From the NCBI GenBank assembly GCA_947468275.1, contig CANIKO010000010.1:13114-77113 (forward strand): a DNA stretch of 64,000 bases. Reading direction: 5' to 3'. Of the stretch, positions 28,642 to 39,172 are shown in pieces. The notes under the pieces are model-generated. The model worked only from the letters and a program-made list of their open reading frames with translations, ran no database searches and was not told the DNA's origin. Positions within the stretch are counted from its first letter, which is position 1. Each line of letters opens with the position of its first letter. Origin of the DNA: Bacteroidota bacterium (GTDB lineage Bacteria > Bacteroidota > Bacteroidia > NS11-12g > UBA9320). A program made the translations under genes and the position numbers.

Positions 28642-28701
28642 GAGAAAAGCAAAGGTAATTCTATTTGAGTTGTTAGATTTATGATTTTAACTTTATGGAA
28701 T

Positions 28702-28740
28702 AAAAAAACCGTTTGAAATGGTTTCAAACGGTTTTTTTTA
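28702..28740. terminator. Bidirectional rho-independent terminator
   Basis: A7, hairpin ccgtttgaaa-tggt-ttcaaacgg, T8. Confidence 0.7.
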
Positions 28741-28755
28741 ATGTGATTTCTTATT

Positions 28756-31311
28756 TTATTTTGGTTTTTTCTCCAATAAAATATTGGTGTCTTCTAATTT
28801 AATTGAAAGATAATTTTCAAATAACCCATAGCCTAAGATTGCTTTTTTCAAAGTGCCTGTTCCTACCACACATCTCACATTAGTGATTTTAACATCACCA
28901 AATGCAATTTCTTTAACATCAAAAGATTTACTTTTTATTTTGGTGCCATCAGGTAAAATATAGGTTTTTGTTCCATCTGCAAAATCTGCAATTGTAATAA
29001 CTTTTGCAGCTAATAACTGAACAACAGCAGCTTCTGGTATTATAGTACTTGATTCTTCTGGATCATACTCAAATTTAACTGTTTTTTTACCAATTTTTCC
29101 TGTAGTTGTATATTTATCTCTCGATTTAATTACAGGAATCATATCATACTTCTCTTTCGTAGCTTCCAATTCTGCTCTTTTAGCTTCAGGGCTATTAGGA
29201 GCTAATATATCTTTAGGTAAATTCTTTTTTTCTAGTAGGTATTTCTTTTTTTCTTCTTCAAGGAATGGGCTTGAAACTGGGCCACCAGAAAGGGCAGAAT
29301 CATTAAACATTTTAATAACTTCTTTGGTCCATTGGAAATTACAATTTAATACCTTTACGACAGCTCGACGATTTTGTTGATGTTCTTCTTCAGTACAAGG
29401 GAAAGCTTTTCCTCCTTCACATTCACATTTGTTTACTAATTGTGATTCGCCATATCCCATAGCAGCTAAACGGAAAGGATTAATTCCGGCTTTCATAATG
29501 TAGGCTACTGCAGAGTCGGCACGACGCTGAGACAAAGCTCTGTTGTATTCAAATGGTGACCGGCAATCCGTATGCGTTCCTAACTCAATAGCCATTTTTG
29601 GGTACTTTTTAAGGGTTGCAATCAAATCATCCAACACTCTTTTGGATTCAGAACGGGTATAAATATTAGAGGAATCCAATCCATAATAAATTGGAAGTAT
29701 AAAGATATCACTGCACTGATTTTTCAAACAAAAATCTTTTCTAAAATCTTGTGATTGTTCAAGACCCATGGTACTCACAAATTCTTCTTTACTATCATAA
29801 TAATATTCTTCTCGTTTAGAGGCGAACAACTCATATTTAGTATTTACTTGAACTACAGTTTTGTAATAACCTTTTGCGTCGGTATAAAGTCTAATTTTAG
29901 ATGAATCGTGATTATTGCTGATTATAATTAATGATTTGGCCAAAGGTTTTCCATCCTTACAATCTGTAACAATACCTGAAAGATGAAAAATTAAAGGATC
30001 CATATAAAATTCATAGATATTATCATCTACTTTACCTCCTCCACTTCTATTGGATGAAAAATACCCTTTCTCTTTGGTGTCGTCCATTATTATCCCAAAA
30101 TCATCCCCATTCGAATTAATAGGAGCCTTCATATTCTCTGGTTTTTCCCAATCAACACCTGTTCCTTTACTAAAAAAAATATCTAATGCGCCTATTCCTG
30201 GATGTCCATCAGATGAAAAATAAAGGGTTCCATCTGAAGAAACATAGGGAAATACTTCATTTTCTTTAGTGTTAATGACTGGGCCAAGATTGATAGGGTC
30301 GCCCCATGTTTTGCCACGTTTTACATAATTTACAACATACAAATCGTGGGTATTGGTATCCCCAAATCCACCTGGCATATCTGATGCAAAATATAATTTA
30401 TCACCATCAGGGGATAATGATGGGTGTCCAAAATTTGATTTATCATTGCAAAAAGGAAGTGGCTTAGGGGTTATGTCCCATTCTTTACCGCTTTTGCGGG
30501 CCTCATAAATTTTACATTTCTTTTCGTCTCCTTTAATACCATTGCATTGAGTAAAATACATTTTGGTGAATTTTTCATCAAAGGTTACAGTACCGTCATT
30601 AAAGTTGGTATTTGCTCCAGGCACAGGTACAGCTTCACCCCATTTAACACTGTTTTTTTTACCTTGCGCTTCTATCATCCATAAATCACTATATTTTCTA
30701 CCGGTCCAATTGTATTGACCTTTGCTTTCTCCTCCCGGCCTGTCAGAAGTAAAAACGATTGTGGTTTTCTTTTTATTAGCCCACATTGGTGAATAGTCAT
30801 CATATTTAATTTTAGAGCCGCCTTGGTCGTTAGCTGGTTTAAATTCGGCCACATGATAACGGGTTTTTGCATCTTTCCATTTCATTCCCAATTCACATCC
30901 TTCAATCATAATAGCGGTATTAGGATCATCGGGTTGCATTTTTTGGTATTCCTGAAATTTTATTAATGCTTCGGTATATTTACCTGTCATTTTTAGGCAC
31001 TCACCCATTTTATAATAAAATATAGGATCTTTAGCGCCTTTTTGAATAGCGGTAGAATACCATTTCAAGGCATTTTTATAATCGTGATTGTAATAATACG
31101 ATTGCGCCGCATTAATACAAGACGAAAGTTTTTCTTTTTTTGTTGATTTTGCATTTTTGTAAACCTTGGAATACATATCTGCCGCCACTGCATACTCCTT
31201 CACTTTATAGCGGTTATTTGCATCTGAAAACGAAGGCTGACCACATTTGGCGCTAAGAAGCAAGACCGCAAATAATGAATAGAATAGTGATTTTATTAAT
31301 GTTTTTGACAT
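28756..31311 (-). CDS. OmpA-family lipoprotein with PorE-like architecture (TPR + TolB-like beta-propeller + CarbopepD_reg-like + OmpA_C)
   Basis: TPR N-terminus, propeller repeats, OmpA_C motif (NRALSQRRADSAVAYI), extra ~170-aa C-terminal tail; likely start MSKTLIKS at 31311. Confidence 0.55.
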   Translation of the reverse strand: MSKTLIKSLFYSLFAVLLLSAKCGQPSFSDANNRYKVKEYAVAADMYSKVYKNAKSTKKEKLSSCINAAQSYYYNHDYKNALKWYSTAIQKGAKDPIFYYKMGECLKMTGKYTEALIKFQEYQKMQPDDPNTAIMIEGCELGMKWKDAKTRYHVAEFKPANDQGGSKIKYDDYSPMWANKKKTTIVFTSDRPGGESKGQYNWTGRKYSDLWMIEAQGKKNSVKWGEAVPVPGANTNFNDGTVTFDEKFTKMYFTQCNGIKGDEKKCKIYEARKSGKEWDITPKPLPFCNDKSNFGHPSLSPDGDKLYFASDMPGGFGDTNTHDLYVVNYVKRGKTWGDPINLGPVINTKENEVFPYVSSDGTLYFSSDGHPGIGALDIFFSKGTGVDWEKPENMKAPINSNGDDFGIIMDDTKEKGYFSSNRSGGGKVDDNIYEFYMDPLIFHLSGIVTDCKDGKPLAKSLIIISNNHDSSKIRLYTDAKGYYKTVVQVNTKYELFASKREEYYYDSKEEFVSTMGLEQSQDFRKDFCLKNQCSDIFILPIYYGLDSSNIYTRSESKRVLDDLIATLKKYPKMAIELGTHTDCRSPFEYNRALSQRRADSAVAYIMKAGINPFRLAAMGYGESQLVNKCECEGGKAFPCTEEEHQQNRRAVVKVLNCNFQWTKEVIKMFNDSALSGGPVSSPFLEEEKKKYLLEKKNLPKDILAPNSPEAKRAELEATKEKYDMIPVIKSRDKYTTTGKIGKKTVKFEYDPEESSTIIPEAAVVQLLAAKVITIADFADGTKTYILPDGTKIKSKSFDVKEIAFGDVKITNVRCVVGTGTLKKAILGYGLFENYLSIKLEDTNILLEKKPK

Positions 31312-31454
31312 ACCCTTTTTGGCTATTATTTTAATAATCTTCAAACATGCAAAAAATTAGACAATTATCAAAGAATTCCGAAAAAATAGCTGTTATAAAT
31401 AACGAAGTTAAGTTGTAATTAGTGTTTAAATTAAAAGGCTGAGGTCAGAATAGG

Positions 31455-32792
31455 TTAATCTTTGAAGTTTTCTTCTTTGATAATTTTCCCTTCGCGGTCA
31501 AATAATTTAAAGGAACCGGTAAATGCAGGTTTAAAATAACTGTCTTTGCTATAAAATGCTTCTATGATGGAGGATCGCTTTTTACCTGAGTTGTCTCCGT
31601 TGTAAGGATGAATTTCAGGGTCTCCTTCTTTCATCGGAAATTTTCCATAATTGTAAATATTTAAAGTGCATTCCAAGGCAACTTTACCATTTTCATAATA
31701 ACCTTTCCATTGGCCAATTGGGGCATAGTTTGTAAACAGAAAACTATCTATTAAACTCATTGGATAAGTATAAAGTCCTGCGAACATAAATTGTTCCCCA
31801 TAATTTACAGCCATTGAATTATTTTTTACAACCAATTGCCCAAATGATTTTATCATTCCATTTTCATGGTAACTTTTTGCTGTTCCCATCGAGTCATTAT
31901 TTTCGAAATTGAATCTCGCTTTTAATTTCCCTGAGGAGTAGTAGTATTTTTCCCAAAGCACTTTTTTATTTTGTCGATTAATTTCTAATTTCAATAGTGT
32001 ATCTCCACATTGTATTTTATAGCCCTTTTCTAATATTGGTCCACTATTTTTAAATATCGTAGAATTCTCCGGATTATAATTTGTGTCAATCTTTGTAATA
32101 TTATTTTCCCGATAGGTAAACGTAGTAAAATCGGAAATATCAAGTAATTTTTTTTCTTGTCCCATAATGGTGATAGCTATAGGAGGTAATCTTTTGTCTA
32201 TTTCTCCTGGGCCAATAGCCGTTATATCATCCACCAAAATCTTATCGCCATGCCATGAGTATGCAATTAGCCGTTTTAATTCCAATGGAATTTGATTGCC
32301 AATTACAGAAAAAGCTACGGGATTACCACTTTTGGGAACAAATAGAATTTCACATTTTATAACTTTATATGTAATGCCTTGAAAAGAAAAATTTGGCATT
32401 ACAGCCCGAATTGTATTTTGAGCCAACAAAGCAACAGCGGCATAGTTACCAGATTCCAATGTTCCAAACATGGATTCAGGTTTTGGAACAGATTTTACCC
32501 TAAAAAATATAGTATCAGTCTTTCTAAAACGTCTTTTTTTATAGCTAACGATTACTTTGCAGGTTCCAGTTGTTGTTGCTTTCAAAAAATAATTTTGAGA
32601 AGTTTTAACAATCGTGCAATTTTCGCAACCAACCGCAAGTTGGTTATTGGTATATCCTTCCACCGCTATTTGCACCGGATTATCCAACCCGATATAAACA
32701 ACATTCATGGCCGGCAAAGCCACCACTGGTTTTTGGGCTTGGGATAAATGAATTAATAAAAAGGTCGTGATAAAAAGAAGAATTTTTTTCAT
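31455..32792 (-). CDS. Secreted hypothetical protein with C-terminal MORN/YwqK-like repeats
   Basis: Signal peptide MKKILLFITTFLLIHLSQAQ; repeats YHENGMIKSFGQ / YYENGKVALECT. Confidence 0.45.
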   Translation of the reverse strand: MKKILLFITTFLLIHLSQAQKPVVALPAMNVVYIGLDNPVQIAVEGYTNNQLAVGCENCTIVKTSQNYFLKATTTGTCKVIVSYKKRRFRKTDTIFFRVKSVPKPESMFGTLESGNYAAVALLAQNTIRAVMPNFSFQGITYKVIKCEILFVPKSGNPVAFSVIGNQIPLELKRLIAYSWHGDKILVDDITAIGPGEIDKRLPPIAITIMGQEKKLLDISDFTTFTYRENNITKIDTNYNPENSTIFKNSGPILEKGYKIQCGDTLLKLEINRQNKKVLWEKYYYSSGKLKARFNFENNDSMGTAKSYHENGMIKSFGQLVVKNNSMAVNYGEQFMFAGLYTYPMSLIDSFLFTNYAPIGQWKGYYENGKVALECTLNIYNYGKFPMKEGDPEIHPYNGDNSGKKRSSIIEAFYSKDSYFKPAFTGSFKLFDREGKIIKEENFKD

Positions 32793-32985
32793 GATAAAAA
32801 GAAAACGATTGGCTAAACGAAAATAGTACTTTTTGCAGGAAAATTTAGTTTAGAAGGAAGCACATCCCCCAGCCCCCTTCCATGGGGGACGGCTGACCTA
32901 CCAGTATTGAACATTGAGAATTGAGCGTTGTTTATTGGATATTTTCTTTAGAAATTAACCATTAATAATTTAGCATTAACAATTA

Positions 32986-34017
32986 TCAACCCCATCCTTG
33001 TGCCTTAATATCAAACTGACTTCCTGATGGAGTAATCAATTGGCATATATTGGCTTGATTGGTTGCAAAACCAATGACAGAGATGTCCATATTGGATTTT
33101 ATTTTTTCAAAATCGGTTTGGTCAATGGTAAATAATAGTTCAAAATCTTCGCCACCATTTAAGGCACACATAGTGGCATCCAAATTAAATTCACTGGCCA
33201 TTTCAAGGGTTTGTGTATCTACAGGAAGTTTTTCTTCATAAATAGAAAAACCAACATTGGATTGCAATGCCAAATGTTTCAGTTCAGACGCCAAACCATC
33301 ACTAATATCAATCATTGAAGTTGGTTTTATATTTAACTCGGCCAAGAGTTCAATAACGTCCTTACGAGCTTCGGGTTTAAGTTGTCGGCCTACTATGTAA
33401 TCGTAACCTTCTAAATCGGGCTGCATCTCTGGGTTGGCTAAAAAAACGCGTTTTTCGCGTTCCATGAGCTGATGGCCTAGGTAAGCGCCACCTAAATCGC
33501 CAGTTACACAAAGTAAATCATTGACTTTGCAACCTGCTCGAGTTACATATTTATCCGGCGCCACTTCACCAATAGCGGTTATTGAAATGGTGAGTCCCTG
33601 TGGCGAAGTGTTGGTATCCCCACCAATTAAATCCACTTCATATTTTTCGCATGCAAGGTATATTCCGGTGTAAAATTCTTCCAAAGCTTCCAAAGTGTAT
33701 TTACTGGATAAGGCAATAGAAAGAGTTATAAATTTTGGGATGGCATTCATGGCATAAATATCACTGATATTAGCAACCACTGCTTTGTAGCCTAAATGTT
33801 TGAGAGGAGTGTAGGCCAAATCAAAGTTTATATTTTCTACCATCAAATCGGTAGTTATAACCTGCAATTTTTCAGAATTTGGTTTTAAAATAGCGGCATC
33901 ATCGCCAATACCTTTAATAATATTAGGGTTTTTGGGACTGTAATTTTCGGTTAGTTTTTTAATTAGGCCAAATTCGCCAAAAGATTCAAGCGTAGTTTTT
34001 GATGAGTTTTCAAACAT
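32986..34017 (-). CDS. thiL: Thiamine-monophosphate kinase
   Basis: 343 aa; PurM-like fold with ThiL N-terminal EFGLIKKL...GIGDDAAIL motif. Confidence 0.75.
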   Translation of the reverse strand: MFENSSKTTLESFGEFGLIKKLTENYSPKNPNIIKGIGDDAAILKPNSEKLQVITTDLMVENINFDLAYTPLKHLGYKAVVANISDIYAMNAIPKFITLSIALSSKYTLEALEEFYTGIYLACEKYEVDLIGGDTNTSPQGLTISITAIGEVAPDKYVTRAGCKVNDLLCVTGDLGGAYLGHQLMEREKRVFLANPEMQPDLEGYDYIVGRQLKPEARKDVIELLAELNIKPTSMIDISDGLASELKHLALQSNVGFSIYEEKLPVDTQTLEMASEFNLDATMCALNGGEDFELLFTIDQTDFEKIKSNMDISVIGFATNQANICQLITPSGSQFDIKAQGWG

Positions 34018-34123
34018 TCTGCGAATTTAGTTCACTAAAATGCGAAGTAACCAAAGCTAACTAAATAATTTTCTTTGAATTGTAATTATCCTTCATTTTA
34101 TTTACATAAATATTCAAAGCATT

Positions 34124-34810
34124 ATGAAGCTTTTTACGGGGATATTAGACCTTATATTTCCAGTGGTTTGCGTTAATTGTGGAAATTCCTTGGTATTAAA
34201 TGAAACCATACTCTGCACTATTTGTATTGTAAAATTACCCATTACCAATTTTCATAAAGACCCTGATAATGATATAGCCAAAGCCTTATGGGGAAGAGTT
34301 AATATAGATTTTGCTACCGCATTTCTTTATTTTAAAAAAGCAGGAATAACCCAACAATTGCTTCATCAATTAAAATATCGAGGTAGAAAAGACATTGGAG
34401 TATATTTGGGGAGGCAATTTGGAAATAAGATCAGGGGTATAGATTTTATTTCAACGGTAGATTATATAATTCCGGTGCCATTGCATAAATCAAAAGCCAA
34501 ATCCAGAGGCTATAATCAAAGCCAACTTATTTGTGAGGGAATGAGCGAGGTGCTATCCATACCTGTTTGTAATAATTTAATAAGAATTAGCTTCACTGAT
34601 ACTCAAACTCGCAAACGCAGATTTGATCGATGGCTCAATGTTTCAGAAAAATTTGTTTTAAACGAACCGGAACTCTTGGAAGGAAAACGTATACTTTTAG
34701 TAGATGATGTTTTTACCACCGGAGCAACGATTGAAGCATGTTGCCAAGCATTTAAAAATGTAAATAATATTAGTATTGGAGTGGCAACGCTAGCAATGGC
34801 GGCCCATTAA
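34124..34810 (+). CDS. comF: ComF-family phosphoribosyltransferase
   Basis: N-terminal Zn-finger CVNCGN...CTIC; C-terminal PRTase motif ILLVDDVFTTGATIEAC. Confidence 0.75.
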   Translation: MKLFTGILDLIFPVVCVNCGNSLVLNETILCTICIVKLPITNFHKDPDNDIAKALWGRVNIDFATAFLYFKKAGITQQLLHQLKYRGRKDIGVYLGRQFGNKIRGIDFISTVDYIIPVPLHKSKAKSRGYNQSQLICEGMSEVLSIPVCNNLIRISFTDTQTRKRRFDRWLNVSEKFVLNEPELLEGKRILLVDDVFTTGATIEACCQAFKNVNNISIGVATLAMAAH

Positions 34811-37239
34811 TTCACTGTTATTTTTTTTGCAGCGTATCCTTTTGTCTGGATGATATATAGTCCTTTTACCATACTCATTGTAGATACACTCAACGTGCTT
34901 TCGGCGGCAACTATTTTTGATAAAATAGTTTGGCCTATTGCATTAATAATAGTAATGTTTATTGGTGACTTTAAAGGGTTAACAATATTAATATAATCAT
35001 TTGCAGGATTTGGGTATATTGTTAATTGACCCATTGGTATAAGTGGTTTAACCCCGTTTTCCAATGACACAATATTTTTAGCAGTATTGGTAATTATAGC
35101 TTCCTGAAAATCGAAATTAATGAAAGCTCGATTGGTTATTTCGGTGCCAATCGGCAATGTGCCTGCCAAATTAAGTTTGTAATTTATGTAACCTTGGCTA
35201 GCAGATTCATTGGTTTTAGTATCGACCAATAAAATATTATTAAACATCCATGAGAACATATACTGATATTTTCCATTAGGTTGTTTCCAATACGTCATAA
35301 CCGATTGGAAATTTTTTAAATGACTTGGATCTTCCTCTGTACCTAGTGGACCAATGGACAAATCAGAATCAATAGTGTCGGTAATTAGAATATTGTAGGC
35401 GGTGTCAATACCTGTATTTTGAAACCTTATTTTGTAATCAATAACTTTTGTATTAGGTTCAATAAAATATTTTTGTTGAGTTTTTTTGTCATTTGGGTCA
35501 ATGGCTGCAACAATTTTTTGTTTTAAAATACTGGAGTTGTTGGTCATATCCTCATCTTGCAAATCACCAATAACGATTTTAGCGTCAAAAAGTATTTCGC
35601 TTTCTAGAGCAATCTCAACAGGTATAGTAACTTTTACATTTACACAATATCTTTCGTTTGCTAGTAATGGTTTAATATTCCACTTGGCCGTATTATTTAT
35701 AAAAGTTTGGGGTTGGTCGCTAAATACCCAATTTGTTAGTCTGTCATCCGTTTTAAAAATCAGCTGTCCTGATTCTATTTTTTGAGTTCCTTTATTTTCA
35801 ACACAAATTTTATAATTTTCATCAAACCCTTGTCTGGCTCGCCAACCAGTAAAGTCGCATACTTGCACTGCTGCATCCGTATGTGTTCCATTGGGTCTTA
35901 ATCCAAAATCAATATTTGCGATGGTTAATTTGGACGTGATAATAGCGGGCTTAATACTTCCGCAAGTGGCCTCCCTATATTTAGGAAGTTGCAATTCGAT
36001 AAGATGCTGGATTTTAGAATTGCTGTCAATAGGGAAGTAATAGCGACCGTTATAATCAGTCATTATAAAAATATTTTCAGGAGTTAATTTAACTATTACG
36101 CCCGGAGTGTTGCTTTCGCCGAATTCTTGAGTGCAGTTTTGGTTCACATCATTAAATACTTTTCCGGCAACGATGGCACTTCCAAAATCTAATTTTCCAG
36201 TGTGATTAAGCAGTAACCCTTGATAGTTTTCAAAAGCACCTGAAATGAATACCTGATCTTTTCCATTAAAAATAATGTCATTACCTATATAATCAAAGGT
36301 GGGAACGGTCCAAGTGTTGCCATTCCAAAAGGCCAAACTGGCAATATTATTTGTAATGGTATTTGTAAATTTACCTGCGGCCCAAAAGTTTTTTCCTATT
36401 TGGCGCAAGTCAGAAATTGAATTTATTTTCCAATTCGTTAATCCATTTGATATTTGCTCCCATGTGGTATCCGTTTTTTGAATAGAAAATGAATTTTGAT
36501 TATCAAAATCAACACCAGCCATTACAAGCTTGTTCTGGAATTTTCCTATAGCAATATTTCCGTTAGCAAATGGCGCATTTGAAACTATGCTCCAAGTGTT
36601 GTTTTCAAATTTGGCAAAATATCGATTGTCTAAGTTAATGGGAGATGTGAACGAGCCAATAGCCCAAATGATGTTATCTTTATATTCGAAATTTGAATAA
36701 TAATCATTGGCTCCATAATTCGCCGGAAGACCTGCATAAATAGAACAGTCGCTTTGTCCAATTTTAAGAATCGTGATTAATTGTCCTGCAACAGTAATCT
36801 TGCCACAAAGTAACAAGCCATTATTCGTGTTTAGAAAAGTAAGTTTCTTGGAAACTTTTGTTTCGGCTGTTGTTATGGTTTCCCATTTTCTTCCCGAATT
36901 TTTAATTAAAAGCAGCTTGTCGTTATTTTTATTGGTTAAAGCTAGGTATAACGTGTTATTAATATAATAAACAGCCTTGGCTTCAATGGATTGAGGAATG
37001 GTAGAAATTGTATTTAATAAACTTGTGGGTATGTCATTATAGCGAATCCAAAAATTACCATCCCACTTGTTTACAGCAAATTTTTCATTTTCATTGCTCA
37101 CCACCCACATTTTATCTCCTTCTGAGCAGGAAATATTTAAGGAGTTTTTTTGACCTAAACCCATTGGTAAAATAACCTGAGCCTTAGTAATATTTACTAA
37201 TACCAATAAAAGTATAAATAATTTTACAATAGCTTTCAT
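34807..37239 (-). CDS. Secreted beta-propeller-repeat protein with T9SS type A C-terminal sorting domain
   Basis: Signal peptide; Reg_prop-like repeats (NxxW); CTD LTIYPNPANDYINIVNP...GLYIIQTKGYAAKKITVN. Confidence 0.7.
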   Translation of the reverse strand: MKAIVKLFILLLVLVNITKAQVILPMGLGQKNSLNISCSEGDKMWVVSNENEKFAVNKWDGNFWIRYNDIPTSLLNTISTIPQSIEAKAVYYINNTLYLALTNKNNDKLLLIKNSGRKWETITTAETKVSKKLTFLNTNNGLLLCGKITVAGQLITILKIGQSDCSIYAGLPANYGANDYYSNFEYKDNIIWAIGSFTSPINLDNRYFAKFENNTWSIVSNAPFANGNIAIGKFQNKLVMAGVDFDNQNSFSIQKTDTTWEQISNGLTNWKINSISDLRQIGKNFWAAGKFTNTITNNIASLAFWNGNTWTVPTFDYIGNDIIFNGKDQVFISGAFENYQGLLLNHTGKLDFGSAIVAGKVFNDVNQNCTQEFGESNTPGVIVKLTPENIFIMTDYNGRYYFPIDSNSKIQHLIELQLPKYREATCGSIKPAIITSKLTIANIDFGLRPNGTHTDAAVQVCDFTGWRARQGFDENYKICVENKGTQKIESGQLIFKTDDRLTNWVFSDQPQTFINNTAKWNIKPLLANERYCVNVKVTIPVEIALESEILFDAKIVIGDLQDEDMTNNSSILKQKIVAAIDPNDKKTQQKYFIEPNTKVIDYKIRFQNTGIDTAYNILITDTIDSDLSIGPLGTEEDPSHLKNFQSVMTYWKQPNGKYQYMFSWMFNNILLVDTKTNESASQGYINYKLNLAGTLPIGTEITNRAFINFDFQEAIITNTAKNIVSLENGVKPLIPMGQLTIYPNPANDYINIVNPLKSPINITIINAIGQTILSKIVAAESTLSVSTMSMVKGLYIIQTKGYAAKKITVN

Positions 37240-38489
37240 TTTTTACTTCCTCCTATACTATAGTTAAGGTTCACATTTAATCCGTAATTGTAATATCTGG
37301 TTTTTACTGGATAATCTTTAACCCTTGCAGAACTTAACAAGGTTGAAAAATTGGGTTCAACTGTAAAAATAAGATTATTATTTGTTTTAATAAATACTCC
37401 TGTTGAAATAGACAGACTTGAATTCCATTTTTTGATAGAATTATTACTATTGATGTCTTCTAAATTTAAATAAGTTGGATTGACGGTTTGTCCACTGGCG
37501 CACCAAAGTTTTGAAACATTAACACCAACTTTGCTCTCAATACCCCATTTTTTATTAATATAGGTTCTGTTTCCCGCCAATAATGGAATCGAAATGTATT
37601 TAATGGACGCTTTGCTGATTTTTTGTATATGTAAATAATCGCTAGGGTTTAATGGGTTATACCCCGTTATGCCTCTTCCTACTATTACATTAGGAAAATC
37701 AGTTATAGTATAGTTAAAATCATTATTAACGCTATATGTAGTGCTATATATTCCCTGACGAATATACCAGTGTTTTCCAATGTTTACTTGCCCATGAACA
37801 CCATTATTAAATCCGCTGCCAAATGAAGCGCTGTTGGCAATAGAAGAAAAATAGTTGTGGTTAATCCAGTTGTTTTTATTTTGTTTAATTGCGTCTATAC
37901 CCATAGCAGGAGACACATTTATACCAAATTCATAACTGAAGCGGCTTGGTTTTTTATTGTTAGGTTTGGGTAATTCTAATTCTTTAATTTTTTCAACAAT
38001 TGGTAAGGATAGCTTCCAGATATTACCTAGTGATTTTGATATTAAATAAATGGATTCAAAAGGATTGTTTGTTATTGCAGTATTAGCTTCAGTAATTTCA
38101 ATTTTTGAATCCTTGTTGAGTTTATAAATATTGTTTTTCGCAAATGAGGTAACAGTTTTGGTCTTAATGTTATTTGTGCTATTGAATGATTGGGAAACAA
38201 TTTTATCATTAGTTGCATCTTTCTTAACAATTAAATCATATGTGGTTTTTTCCTTTTGAACTGTGATTTTTTTTGTAAATGTATTAGAGTCTTTCTTTAT
38301 TAGCAAAGAATAAATACTTAATCCGGCAACTAATAATAATGGTAGAGCTGCCCACCAAATCCAAGCAAAACGTTTTTTATTGTTTAATTTTTCTTCAATT
38401 GCAAACCAATCAGACATAGGAATTTCTCCCTCAAAGGAGGAAAACGTATCCCTTAATAAATTGTCCATATCGTTGCGTTGGTTAATCAA
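37236..38489 (-). CDS. Putative anti-sigma factor with single TM helix and C-terminal outer-membrane beta-barrel-like domain
   Basis: Short cytoplasmic N-term, TM (FAWIWWAALPLLLVAGLSIYSLLI), long periplasmic region; 4-bp overlaps with sigma gene upstream and cargo gene downstream. Confidence 0.5.
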   Translation of the reverse strand: MINQRNDMDNLLRDTFSSFEGEIPMSDWFAIEEKLNNKKRFAWIWWAALPLLLVAGLSIYSLLIKKDSNTFTKKITVQKEKTTYDLIVKKDATNDKIVSQSFNSTNNIKTKTVTSFAKNNIYKLNKDSKIEITEANTAITNNPFESIYLISKSLGNIWKLSLPIVEKIKELELPKPNNKKPSRFSYEFGINVSPAMGIDAIKQNKNNWINHNYFSSIANSASFGSGFNNGVHGQVNIGKHWYIRQGIYSTTYSVNNDFNYTITDFPNVIVGRGITGYNPLNPSDYLHIQKISKASIKYISIPLLAGNRTYINKKWGIESKVGVNVSKLWCASGQTVNPTYLNLEDINSNNSIKKWNSSLSISTGVFIKTNNNLIFTVEPNFSTLLSSARVKDYPVKTRYYNYGLNVNLNYSIGGSKK

Positions 38490-39052
38490 TTTTCTTTTTC
38501 TTTAATTAAGTCGATAAGTAATTGTCTAGCTCTGCTCAATCTGCTTTTTGACGAACCAATTTGTATGTCTAATGCTTCTGCAATTTGTTGGTGTGAATAA
38601 CCATCAATTGAATACATATTAAGCACTATTTTGTATTTTTCAGGCAACTGATTAATATATTCTAATACGGCAGTTACAGGTAAGTTTTTTATAGAATTTT
38701 CAACTACCTCCTCATTCCCAATACTATTCTCAGTAGTGTATTGTACGTTAAGGTCATTGATATCTAAATGTATACTTTTATTTTCTAATTTATTAATATG
38801 AGAAAGGCAGGTATTAATAAATATTCTGGTCATCCAAGTTTGAACTGCACTATCGCCTTTAAAATCATTAATTTTGGTGTATACCTTTACAAACCCATCC
38901 TGAACCATATCTCGTGCGGTTTCATAATTATAACAATATCTAAGGCAAACTCCCATCATTTTTTTTGAAAACAATTCAAACAACAACTTTTGGCAATTGC
39001 GATCATTTTTTTTGCATCCTTTAATGATTTCATCAATATTGCTGTTGTTCAA
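38486..39052 (-). CDS. ECF-type RNA polymerase sigma-70 factor
   Basis: 188 aa; region 2 (FSKKMMGVCLRYCYNYETARDMVQDGFVKVY) and region 4 HTH (SHQQIAEALDIQIGSSKSRLSRARQLL). Confidence 0.85.
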   Translation of the reverse strand: MNNSNIDEIIKGCKKNDRNCQKLLFELFSKKMMGVCLRYCYNYETARDMVQDGFVKVYTKINDFKGDSAVQTWMTRIFINTCLSHINKLENKSIHLDINDLNVQYTTENSIGNEEVVENSIKNLPVTAVLEYINQLPEKYKIVLNMYSIDGYSHQQIAEALDIQIGSSKSRLSRARQLLIDLIKEKEN

Positions 39053-39123
39053 AGTGTGTTATATTAATAGACTGCGATTTAAACAAAGGTTGCATTTTTT
39101 ATTGCAATTTTTTTGTTAAACAT

Positions 39124-39152
39124 AAAAAAGGGGCCTATTCGGCCCCTTTTTT
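39124..39152. terminator. Bidirectional rho-independent terminator
   Basis: A6, hairpin ggggcc-tattc-ggcccc, T6. Confidence 0.7.
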
Positions 39153-39172
39153 ATTAAAGATAATTATATAAA

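Noticed and set aside
32800-32985. C-rich hairpin cccccttccatggggg in the intergenic region upstream of the 445-aa secreted protein gene
   Set aside because: A short GC stem without a flanking T-run, in a divergent region. It is unusual for the AT-rich context but there is not enough evidence for a defined element.
34018-34123. Possible TPP riboswitch upstream of thiL
   Set aside because: Neither strand of the 106-bp region shows the conserved CUGAGA or GGGGUGC thi-box elements.
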